Below are positions 1 through 9,144 of a stretch of 46,130 bases of DNA, piece after piece. The notes below the pieces were generated by a model, which saw only the letters and a list, made by a program, of their open reading frames with translations, made no database searches and was not told the DNA's origin. The position numbers and the translations under genes were made by a program. The first letter of the stretch is position 1. Each line of letters opens with the position of its first letter. Origin of the DNA: Nitrospinota bacterium (lineage in GTDB: Bacteria; Nitrospinota; Nitrospinia; Nitrospinales; VA-1); NCBI GenBank assembly GCA_038108555.1, contig JAYNIA010000015.1:1-46130 (forward strand), in the 5' to 3' direction.

Positions 1-1
1 T

Positions 2-229
2 ATCTACCATGGCCTTGAGGAATATGAAAAAGCCATTGACTATCTCAAAAAAGCACTGGAAAGCAATGGAAAGCCCGTGGGACCTAGAATTTTGCTCGCG
101 GAGTCTTACGAGAAATCCAAACAACTGAAAAAAGCTGAAAAAGAATACCGTTATATTCTGGCCCTGGACTCCGGGAATACCCTGGCCGCTGAAGGACTTA
201 ACCGATTATTGAAAAACAACGAAACTTAA
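2..229 (+). CDS. TPR-repeat protein, C-terminal fragment (5' end outside window)
   Basis: Frame 2 is open from the window edge to TAA at 227-229: IYHGLEEYEKAIDYLKKALE...LAESYEKSKQLKKAEKEYRYILALDSGN, a TPR-like pattern. Not in the ORF track. Confidence 0.7.
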   Translation: MYHGLEEYEKAIDYLKKALESNGKPVGPRILLAESYEKSKQLKKAEKEYRYILALDSGNTLAAEGLNRLLKNNET

Positions 230-403
230 AATATAAGAAAAGTTTTATTCAACTAATGAATTATGAAGGCACCATTCGATTTAGAAAATAAACAATTACC
301 ATTACGCCTCTTTCAATCTTCTAACTTCTGGCCAACTCTTTATTGGTTAGGTCGCACCCAAAATACCAATAAGAAGTTGGTCGTAAGAATATTTTCCCTA
401 TAA

Positions 404-1186
404 TTACAATTTTAAAAGGGATGAAAAATATTTCTTGATTTTATTAGGAGAGTCTTCCTTTTCCCCAGGTCGATTACGAAAGACAGTTGAATGCGGCGCC
501 TTTCTTTTCTCTTGCTTAACCGTGTAATAATAAAGCGCAAGAGATTTTCGGCTTCTTTCCGGAGGACAATTCAAAGGATCCGGATGGCCATGAAAAGAAG
601 TCGCTGTAGTGGTGAAAATAACCATCCGGTTAAAAATTGGAGAAATTCTTTTAACGCACTTTTTAACACTTGGATCCCAAAACTCAATGTGGCCTCCAAA
701 CTCTTCCTTCCAGTCTTTATTCAAATAAAGTAAAAGATTCAACCTTCGGTAAAGACCGTATTTCGGATGCTTGTTAAAATCGATATGGATTCCCAGCTTT
801 CCCGTCCGAAAAATATTATGCATACCTCCGCCAATAAAAGAAGGGTCCGACAATAGATCGGGAATCCCAACCAATTCCTCAAGAAATTCCAGAAACATGG
901 ATGAATTCAAAGAGTGAAGGACATAACGCGTAAAAGGGCTCATATTTGCTTCATCTTCATTGGCGAACTTGACTTGTTTATTGTCCTTAAAATTAATCCA
1001 GTTAATATCATTCTTTCCAGGAAACTCGGAAAGCAACCTTTCTGTTACTTCAGGGTGGAAAAAATCATCAAATACAATATGGGGAAAGGGAGAAGCCTCC
1101 TGATATTGCTTTTTTGCCATTGGAAGTAAGGCTTTCATTTTTTCAAGAGGTAGGGGGGATCTCTTAAAATTCATGATGGTATTCAT
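404..1186 (-). CDS. 2OG-Fe(II) oxygenase family protein (prolyl-hydroxylase-like)
   Basis: PFPHIVFDDF, GGGMH, HxD (IHIDFN), RRLNLLLYLN, FHGHP, RKSLALYYY motifs. Start placed at ATG 1186 (or 1174) rather than TTG 1261. Confidence 0.85.
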   Translation of the reverse strand: MNTIMNFKRSPLPLEKMKALLPMAKKQYQEASPFPHIVFDDFFHPEVTERLLSEFPGKNDINWINFKDNKQVKFANEDEANMSPFTRYVLHSLNSSMFLEFLEELVGIPDLLSDPSFIGGGMHNIFRTGKLGIHIDFNKHPKYGLYRRLNLLLYLNKDWKEEFGGHIEFWDPSVKKCVKRISPIFNRMVIFTTTATSFHGHPDPLNCPPERSRKSLALYYYTVKQEKRKAPHSTVFRNRPGEKEDSPNKIKKYFSSLLKL

Positions 1187-1334
1187 ATAATAGAAAACTC
1201 CTTGTAAGAGTAAGAAAATAACCCAGTAAATTGGGGTCCAACTCAAACTTAATGTGAGCAATCTTTATGCCATCAAGAATGTTCGATTAAATACTAACAA
1301 TAAGGGGATTACCTTTGCGCGGACAGATTAAAAA

Positions 1335-1357
1335 TGAGAAATTTCTCAAAATTGAGA
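1335..1357. promoter_or_regulatory. Putative enhancer (UAS) for a sigma54 activator: overlapping palindromes TGAGAAATTTCTCA and TCTCA-N4-TGAGA
   Basis: Lies about 100 bp upstream of the -24 GG at 1448. The same TCTCA-N4-TGAGAAAG recurs at 2814-2830. Confidence 0.55.
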
Positions 1358-1445
1358 AAGCTAGTCTGTTTGCATAATGACATTAAAGCAATGGCAATCG
1401 ATTGTTTAATAAGGATTTACAAGCCCGCCTTTCCTTTTCCATGTT

Positions 1446-1462
1446 TTGGCATGCCCATTGCT
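1446..1462 (+). promoter_or_regulatory. sigma54 (-24/-12) promoter
   Basis: TTGGCATGCCCATTGCT, exact GG-N10-GC spacing. Confidence 0.7.
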
Positions 1463-1509
1463 ATTAGTTGTAATAACTATTTTATAAACCCAAAATTTTT
1501 AATTGAAAA

Positions 1510-1683
1510 ATGAAAACAAAAAACACAAGAAATTACAATACAAAAAAGAATCATTCGATGCCTACCTATCAAAAGCGGGCGGATACCATGGAACGTTTTT
1601 TCAGAAACAATGACCAAAGAGGAATTTTGGGAATGGCTTATATTGACTTGTGTGAAAAGTTTGAATTTCAATATAGAAACTAA
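1510..1683 (+). CDS. Putative 57-aa small protein (MKTKNTRNYN...GILGMAYIDLCEKFEFQYRN)
   Basis: ATG-to-TAA ORF directly downstream of the sigma54 promoter and followed by two hairpins. Below the ORF-track cutoff; no clear RBS. Confidence 0.4.
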   Translation: MKTKNTRNYNTKKNHSMPTYQKRADTMERFFRNNDQRGILGMAYIDLCEKFEFQYRN

Positions 1684-1716
1684 TTTTAACCTGGCGAAAT
1701 AGACTTCAGCCAGTTT

Positions 1717-1752
1717 GCCTCTCTGTCTTGCCCTCCTTCAAGGCAGAGAGGC
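1717..1752 (+). other. Stable 14-bp stem-loop with CCCUCCUU loop
   Basis: GCCTCTCTGTCTTG / CAAGGCAGAGAGGC (one G.U pair). A smaller hairpin lies at 1691-1713. No U-tract. Confidence 0.6.
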
Positions 1753-1790
1753 GGGAAGATTAATGAAAGAATAGTATTTAAGATAATAAA

Positions 1791-2699
1791 ATGGATCGAC
1801 GCGGATTTCTAAAAAGCACACTGGGTTTAAGCGCAGGAATATTTGCAGCCCAATTGGCCCTTCCTGGTTCTGTCAAATGCAAAATGATTTCCCCGGCAAC
1901 GGATTGGATTGCTAAAACCTATTTTGACGATATTATTAAATTAAAACTAAACCAGTTTAAAAAGGAAAACCTCGCATTAAAAATAGGTGAAACCCATTGC
2001 CACTCTACTTTTTCCGATGGAACATCCTCGGTGAAAGATATAATTAATCGAGCCTCTTATCTGGGATTGGATTTCCTGATTCTAACGGAACATTTGATGC
2101 CGGATAAATATCCATTGGAATTTACCTTGTCATCCATCCATGAGCGCTGGCGCTGTGTTCAAGAGTGGAATTCTACACAATACAATCCAGTTAAAGTTTA
2201 TCCAGCATTTGAAGTAAGCACTAATCAGGGGCATCTCATTTTGGTTCTTGATGAATTTTACCTGCAGAGAAAAACATTCAAAGATATCATTCAACAATTC
2301 TCAAAATTCAATACAAAAATGGGTTCAATGGAGGAAGTTGCCAAACTGGTTAAACCTTTTGGCGGAATAACCATAATTCCACACCCGGAAAAAGAGAAAA
2401 GTTATCCTTTTGGGGCCAGCATATCGTTTATTAAAAATAATTTACTGGGTCTGGTAGATGCCATTGAGGATATTTCTACAGGCCATGGATACAAAGAAAA
2501 TTACTCAAGTGAATTAGGGCTGGCCTCCATTGGTTCAAGCGATGACCACTTTAATCTAATAATTGGAACCACTGTGACAGCTTATGATTCCAGCAAAAAT
2601 AATGACTTCATTTCCGCTGTCAAAGCAAAAGAAACAAAGGCGATAAAAATCGACGATTCCCTTCGTGAGTTTATAGCTGCTGCACGACTCATTATTTGA
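1791..2699 (+). CDS. Tat-exported PHP-domain metallo-phosphoesterase
   Basis: Twin-arginine signal DRRGFLK; PHP motifs HCHSTFSDG, LTEH, EVST..GH, PHP, GSSDDH. Confidence 0.85.
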   Translation: MDRRGFLKSTLGLSAGIFAAQLALPGSVKCKMISPATDWIAKTYFDDIIKLKLNQFKKENLALKIGETHCHSTFSDGTSSVKDIINRASYLGLDFLILTEHLMPDKYPLEFTLSSIHERWRCVQEWNSTQYNPVKVYPAFEVSTNQGHLILVLDEFYLQRKTFKDIIQQFSKFNTKMGSMEEVAKLVKPFGGITIIPHPEKEKSYPFGASISFIKNNLLGLVDAIEDISTGHGYKENYSSELGLASIGSSDDHFNLIIGTTVTAYDSSKNNDFISAVKAKETKAIKIDDSLREFIAAARLII

Positions 2700-2813
2700 C
2701 AGTAATCCCTCACCTTAATAAGTTTCAATCTATATCAAAATAGTACCGTGGTAAGTTAGTTGAGTTCTTTCAAATTTCAGCAAAATTCCACAAAAACTGG
2801 GAATCCAACCTTG

Positions 2814-2830
2814 TCTCATGTTTGAGAAAG
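2814..2830. promoter_or_regulatory. Putative UAS TCTCA-N4-TGAGAAAG upstream of gdhA
   Basis: Same motif as 1344-1360. It starts 101 bp before the -24 GG here and 104 bp before it in the first copy. Confidence 0.55.
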
Positions 2831-2912
2831 GCAACCTACCTTTTTAAAAATCATTTTCCAATAAAATCCATTTAAGCTCTTGTTTTCAATAGCTTCATCT
2901 TGTTGACCCAAT

Positions 2913-2929
2913 TTGGTATGCGTTTTGCT
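2913..2929 (+). promoter_or_regulatory. sigma54 (-24/-12) promoter of gdhA
   Basis: TTGGTATGCGTTTTGCT, GG-N10-GC. An IHF-like TAAGCTCTTGTTT at about 2873-2885 lies between the UAS and the promoter. Confidence 0.65.
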
Positions 2930-3077
2930 TTTTATTTAAACAAGAAAGTCAATCCAGGTTGACTTAATTAAAAACTCAATAATTAAAGGTAGCTAGGAAA
3001 ATCAAACAAACTAAAAACTTTCGAACGGTTTAAAAATTCTAATTCCTATATTTCGTTTGAGTCATGGAGAAAAAACT

Positions 3078-4508
3078 ATGAATATGATTCCATCACATAA
3101 AAACAAACAATATGCGAAGGTTGCAACCCATAAAGCCGCAATAATTAATGGGGCTCCCTCCAGTAATTCTGCCAGTTTGGATTTGAAAAGCTTCATGGAA
3201 GACTTAACCAAAAGAACCCCAGGTGAAATTGAATTCCATCAAGCTGTCCATGAAGTAATGTGTGATGTTATTCCATATGTAAACGAACATAATAAATATA
3301 AGGAAGCCAACATAATAGAGCGTCTAACAGAACCCGATCGTTCTATTATGTTCCGCGTGAATTGGGAAGATGATAATGGTCGAATACATACCAACCGGGG
3401 CTATCGGGTTCAGTTTAATAATTCTATAGGACCGTATAAGGGAGGACTGCGCTTTCATCCAACGGTCAACTTAAGCGTTCTAAAGTTTTTGGGATTCGAA
3501 CAAATATTCAAAAACAGTCTCACAAATCTTCCGTTAGGTGCCGGGAAAGGAGGATCTGATTTTAATCCCCAGGGAAGAACAGATAGAGAGATTATGAGGT
3601 TTTGCATTGCGTTTATGACCGAGCTTTCAAAATATATCGGCAATACAGTGGATATCCCGGCAGGAGACATTGGTGTAGGTGAAAGAGAAATTGGGTATTT
3701 GTATGGACAATATAAAAAGTTAGTAAACGGTTTTGAAGGGAGCATCACAGGCAAGGGATTAGAGTTTGGCGGAAGTTTAATAAGGAAAGAGGCCACAGGA
3801 TATGGATGCGTCTATTTCATGGAAGAAATGCTCAATAATATTGGAGATTCTGTTAGAGGAAAAACTTGTGTAGTTTCAGGGTCAGGCAATGTTGCCCAAT
3901 ACGCGATAGAAAAAATTAATCATTTAGGAGGACGAGTGGTAACCGTATCCGACTCATCTGGTTTTATATACGATCCTGAGGGAATTGATAACGTAAAGCT
4001 GGGGCATATTATGTCGCTCAAAAATATTGATCGTGGCCGAATATCTGAATACTCCGAGAAATTTAAAGCTCAATATTTCTCAAATAAAACACCGTGGAGT
4101 GTTCCTTGCGACTTGGCATTTCCATGTGCTACACAAAATGAAATTTATGAATTCGATGCTCACGAATTGGTTAAAAATGGATGTAAAGCGGTTTCAGAAG
4201 GGGCAAACATGCCTACAAATTCAGATGGCATACGAGTATTTCAGCAAAACAATGTCTTGTTTGGACCTGGTAAAGCGGCAAACGCCGGAGGGGTCGCTGT
4301 TTCCGGAATGGAAATGAGTCAAAACAGCCAACATTCTAATTGGGATAAAGAGCATCTTGATGAGAGCCTTAAAGGAGTTATCAAAGATATTCATAAAAAA
4401 TGTTATATTTTTGGAACCCAGAGTGGAAAAACAAACTATTTAAAAGGAGCAAATATCGGTGGATTTAAAAAGGTTGCTGATGCAATGGTGGCATATGGTA
4501 TTAATTAA
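3078..4508 (+). CDS. gdhA: NADP-specific glutamate dehydrogenase
   Basis: GPYKGGLRFHP, GAGKGGSDF, DIPAGDIGVG, SGSGNVAQY, EGANMP, GKAANAGGVAVS. GGAGA RBS precedes ATG 3078. Confidence 0.96.
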   Translation: MNMIPSHKNKQYAKVATHKAAIINGAPSSNSASLDLKSFMEDLTKRTPGEIEFHQAVHEVMCDVIPYVNEHNKYKEANIIERLTEPDRSIMFRVNWEDDNGRIHTNRGYRVQFNNSIGPYKGGLRFHPTVNLSVLKFLGFEQIFKNSLTNLPLGAGKGGSDFNPQGRTDREIMRFCIAFMTELSKYIGNTVDIPAGDIGVGEREIGYLYGQYKKLVNGFEGSITGKGLEFGGSLIRKEATGYGCVYFMEEMLNNIGDSVRGKTCVVSGSGNVAQYAIEKINHLGGRVVTVSDSSGFIYDPEGIDNVKLGHIMSLKNIDRGRISEYSEKFKAQYFSNKTPWSVPCDLAFPCATQNEIYEFDAHELVKNGCKAVSEGANMPTNSDGIRVFQQNNVLFGPGKAANAGGVAVSGMEMSQNSQHSNWDKEHLDESLKGVIKDIHKKCYIFGTQSGKTNYLKGANIGGFKKVADAMVAYGIN

Positions 4509-4754
4509 AATTTTTAAAAAGCTGATTCCAACGGAAGATAAGAAAAATATATTGGATGCCATAGAGGATTTCAGAAAAGAACTGATGCTTAGAAACCATA
4601 TTTGAAAAATTTACGATTCAAATCAGATCTAAAGTTTAGTTAAAACTTTGGCAACTAAGCTGAAATCTTGACTTTTTTAATTGCCAAGTTCTGTGCAATA
4701 CCATCCGACATAACCCAACAAAATGGAAATAAAAGTAATAGACGACCTCTATAA

Positions 4755-4817
4755 TTGGTAGCCATTTGGTAGCCATTTTTTTCAAAAGGCCCCGAAAATA
4801 CCCGAAAAACCCCGAAA
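4755..4817. repeat. att-arm-like direct repeats: TTGGTAGCCAT x2 (4755-4776) and CCCGAAA x3 at 10-bp period (4791, 4801, 4811)
   Basis: Read directly; located 90-150 bp from the tRNA fragment. Confidence 0.75.
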
Positions 4818-4904
4818 TGCGAGGTCTGTCAAAAGGCTTTAAATAGCGGTGAAGAGACTGCCTTTCAAAGGTTTATATTAGTTTATAAAATTCTACTCCC
4901 TTAA

Positions 4905-4949
<45 letters not shown>

Positions 4950-4970
4950 CTACTCGCCGTAGAGGCAAAT

Positions 4971-5005
4971 AAAAAGACCTAGCGATTAATCGTTAGGTCA
5001 TTTTT
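4971..5005 (+). terminator. Rho-independent terminator after the tRNA 3' end
   Basis: GACCTAGCGAT-TA-ATCGTTAGGTC followed by ATTTTT and preceded by an A-tract. Confidence 0.7.
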
Positions 5006-5066
5006 ATTGTTCAAATCTGTAAACGCTCGTTATATTTCACCTTAACCTTCGTGCCCCGCAGAGGTA

Positions 5067-5108
5067 GGACTCAATGGTTAAAACCATCTGGGTTCAGCGT
5101 TTTTTTTG
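5067..5108 (+). terminator. Second hairpin with U-tract
   Basis: GGACTCA-ATGGT-TAAA-ACCAT-C-TGGGTTC (with G.U pairs), then a T8 run. Confidence 0.45.
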
Positions 5109-5321
5109 CACCTAATTTTTCTCTGGCCAAGGCCGGTTCGCTTCGACTAGTAATACCAAAGGGCTCACCTTATGATTGAATTTAATTCATTTTTTCAATA
5201 AAAACGCTGAAAAATTTGTAGCCCGGAACACTCCTTCCTTCTATAATTTTTGTACCTTCAAAAATTCGAATTTGAACTGGCAGAAAAAACTGTATTCATT
5301 AAATACAAATGGATGTTTTAA

Positions 5322-7975
5322 ATGAGTAAGACAGTTTTAGCGATAATATATTCCGTTCTGACCATAATCGTATTTATTATCGATCTAAACACGGAGTTGG
5401 GGATTGCAGGGGGAATTCTCTATGTTTCCGTAATTGCCTTATGCCTTCTTGCAAAGGACAAACATTTTTTTGTCGCATTCGGCCTTGCTGGAATCATCCT
5501 TACCATTGCAGGTTACTTCTTTTCCCCCGGTGGGGTGAAGAATACAAGGTGTTATTGAACCGGTTTTACGCCATTCTTTCTATTTCCGTTACTGCTCTTT
5601 TTGGTTACATCTCTTCTTCTTATCAGGAACATTTAGAAATAATTTCAAAAAATATTTCAGAGCTTGTTTCTTTCGTTGATCAAAATCAATGTTTCCAATA
5701 TGTAAATGAATCCTATCTGGATTGGTTTGGCATTTCCCGGGAAAAAATTGTAAACCAACCTTTGGAAAAAGTATTGGGGCAACAGATATATGAAAAAATA
5801 AAACCTTTCATACTTTCTGCACTGAAAGGAGAGGAACAGGATTTTGAAATTCAAATTTTAAAGGGGAATGGAAAGGAGGCCTTCGTTCAAGCAAAGTATT
5901 TTCCAAAAAAAAATTGGGCCGGAAAAACGGAAGGCTTTTTTGCCATCATTTCGGATTTAACTCCTTTCAAGCAAAACGAATTGCTAATTGAAAGAGAAAA
6001 CAAAAGATTAGAAACCATCCTTAATTCAATTCCTTTCCAGATTTGGGTATTGAATGAAAATGGTGAAATTAAATATTTCAACACCGCCTGTCAGGACATT
6101 GTCCTTCAATTGGACCAATCCTTTGTTGGAACTGATTTTATTGGAAAAAATATTATCGACATATACTCCGACCTTTGGAGACAGGAGGATATTGAAACCC
6201 TTAAAGGCCACTTAAAGGAGCAAACAAAATTTTTCAGCTTTGAATATTCTTTATACTTCCCAACAGGACAACGACATTTTCTGATACTTGGTACGAATAT
6301 GGCCCTTGAAGGATTTGATGGAAAGTTTGTCATATCACATATCGACATCACCCAAAGAAAATTAATCGAGGAAAAAATTGCCAATACGAAATCCCAACTG
6401 GAAGCTATCCTGGACAATTCTCCAGCTATCATTTACATGAAAGATATGTCAGGTCGTTATCTGATGGTTAATCAATTCTACGAAGAGGCTTTAAATATAA
6501 ATCGGGAGGATATTATTGGAAAAACAACTCATGAAGTTTTCCCCAAAGTCCTTGCCGACCAGTTTGTTAAAAACGACCACAGGGTTATGACCACTTTACA
6601 GCCGCAGGAAGTGGAAGAGGAAATCTGGGACCACGCCGCCGGAAAGAAAACAGTTCTTTCCATTCAATTCCCATTAAAACATGAAAATGGAAACCCCTAC
6701 GGAATCTGTGGGATTTCAACTGATATCACACAAAGAAAACGGGATTTTCATCACCTCCAAAAATTAAAAACCGGTCTGGAAGGGGAAATCCGGGAAAGCA
6801 CTCTTGAGTTAATCCGGAAAAATGAAGCTTTAACAAGGGAAATTGAAGGCCATCAAATCACCCAGCGGCAATTGGAAACTAGTGAGGAGAGATTCAAATA
6901 TGCCCTGGAAGTATCATCCGATGGAATTTGGGATTGGAATCTAAAAACAGATGAAGTTTATTTCAGTCCGGGATGGAAGGAGTCTCTTGGATACAAGCCG
7001 GATGAAGTTGCTAATAATCTGGACTTCTGGAAAAATATCGTTCATCCCGATGACCTGGAAAAGGTAACCCAGGCCCTGCAAAAACATTTAAACGAAGAAA
7101 CCGATTTTTATATCTGCGAAAACCGCTTGTGCACAAAAAGTGGACAGTGGCGTTGGAATTTGGTTCAGGGAAAGGTCGTGGAATGGGATGATGAGGGAAA
7201 ACCTTCCAGAATGATTGGGACAGACACCAACATTAACCATAGAAAAGAAGCCGAGCTGGCATTGCAGGAAACTCAAAAACAACTCAACCATATGGAAAAA
7301 CTCTCAGCTCTAGGAAAGTTAACCGGGTCCATATCTCATGAATTTAATAACCCAATTTATGCAATCCGCCTTATTTTAGAGCAACTGACTGAAGAGGTTA
7401 ATATTTCCAATGAAAACCGCAAGGGATTAATGATTGCTATAAATGAATGCAAAAGAATCAGCAACCTTATTGCAAAATTAAAAGATTTTTATCTCCCAAC
7501 TTCAGGAGAATTAAAATCCGTTTTTCTAAATGAACTCATAGACGATGTACTGATGTTACTTAGAGGTCCCTTTGAGAAAAAAGGAATCCAAGTAATTAAA
7601 AATTTTCAAGAAGATGAAAAACCGGTTTATGTTGTGGAAGACCAAATAAAGCAGGTTTTATTAAATATATTGCAGAATGCGTTTGAAGCTTTTGAACCTG
7701 ATTCCAAAAAAATGGATATTGGAATAAATACCTCATTCTCAGAAACCGAGGCAAAAGTTATTATACGTGACAGTGGCTCTGGAATTAGCAAAGATATTTT
7801 TGAAACTATTTTTGAACCTTTTGTCACTACCAAGGGTACTGAAAAAGGGTCAGGTTTAGGATTGCCAGTCAGTTACAGTATTATTGAAGACCATAGTGGG
7901 AAAATTGATGTAGAAAGCGAATTAAGCAAAGGTTCTTGTTTCACAATCACTCTTCCAGTTGAGGATAAAATATGA
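5322..7975 (+). pseudogene. Membrane-anchored multi-PAS (4x) histidine kinase, frameshifted at about 5524-5535
   Basis: ORF 5322-5558 (TM helices, DLNTELGIAGGILY) and ORF 5441-7975 (4 PAS domains, H-box SHEFNNP, QVLLNILQNA, DSGSGI, GSGLGL) join into one frame if one base is added in the C5/G4 runs. Could be a sequencing error. Confidence 0.85.
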
Positions 7976-8898
7976 ATAAGCATTCCATTTTGTTAGTTGA
8001 TGATGAAGAGGCAATTCTTTATGCCCTTGAAAAGGATTTAAGAAAAGAGGGTTATTTTGTCGATAGCGCTAGCGGCGGCCAGGAAGCCATCGAAAAATTG
8101 CGAAAAAAAAATTTCGACCTTACCATAAGTGATTTAATGCTCGGCGACATAAATGGAATTGAAGTACTAAAATAAGCAAAAAAGAAATCCAATGCACCTG
8201 TAATTGTGATAACGGGCCACGGAGAATTATCTTCAGCGATTGATTCTTTACGATTAGGTGCCTTCGACTATATTGAGAAACCCTGTGGACGAAAGGAGTT
8301 TATTTCCAAGGTAAACAGCGCTCTCCAACAACACAGGGAAAAAATGGATCTGGATAATAAAATTAAGGATATTGAAGATGAAGTTAAAAATCTTGAGGTT
8401 GAAAACTGGGCCAAAGATAAAATTGTGAAACTTCTTGAAAACAATCAATCTGTACTGGAAACAAATCTGGAAGAAAAAAACAAGGAACTTCAAAGAAAAA
8501 ATATCGCCTTGGCAGAAATATTGAACCAGCTGGAAAAGGAAAAAGAAAAAATTAAGTTAAATATCCAGGCAAATGTGGACCATATTATTCTTCCCCTTTT
8601 GACAAAAATAAAAAGTCAAAATTTAATCATTGATGAAAATTACCTAAAACTCCTGGAAGAAGCCTTTTCAAATCTGGCATCTGAATTTGGAGTTGAGCTT
8701 TCGCGCATTGAACCAAAACTTTCCCAGAAGGAAATGGAAATTTGCCATATGATTCGATCGGGATTGAGCACTAAAGATATCGCTACTGGACTAAATATTT
8801 CAGACCGAACTGTTGAGACCCATCGCACAAATATTCGAAAAAAACTAAAACTGTCGAATAAAAATGTAAACCTTTCAAATTTCTTGAAAAACCCTTAA
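7972..8898 (+). pseudogene. Response regulator REC-coiled-coil-LuxR HTH with in-frame TAA at 8173-8175
   Basis: The two track ORFs share a frame: ...EVLK*AKKKSNAPVIVITGHG...YIEKP... and LSQKEMEICHMIRSGLSTKDIA...TVETHRTNIRKKL. ATGA overlap with the kinase stop. Confidence 0.85.
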
Positions 8899-9144
8899 TT
8901 TATTGTACTTTAACCCTCTTATCTCCCCCTCTCCCTAAATAAGTACTTTTTACGCAGTTTATACTAGTTGCATTCCTCCTTTTTTTCTTGAACCATAAAT
9001 TAAAGAACAAAACTGACACTCATTTTCCGAAATTTGGACAGTTAGTGAGGTTTGGGTTCTTTTCCATTTCGAACCCTAAATCAGATTTATGTAAAGATCT
9101 GCTTCAAATTATTTTAAAAAGTTTAATTTTTGGAGAAAACAATT

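Noticed and set aside
4950..5165. Riboswitch (e.g. c-di-GMP-I) upstream of the kinase
   Set aside because: Hairpins exist but no conserved aptamer motif (GGCAAAC...GAAA...GACGCAAAG) was found.
8941..8970. Possible LuxR-type operator (GTACTTTTTACGCAGTTTATACTAG) between the regulator and the MCP gene
   Set aside because: The repeat is too degenerate and single-copy to support from sequence alone.
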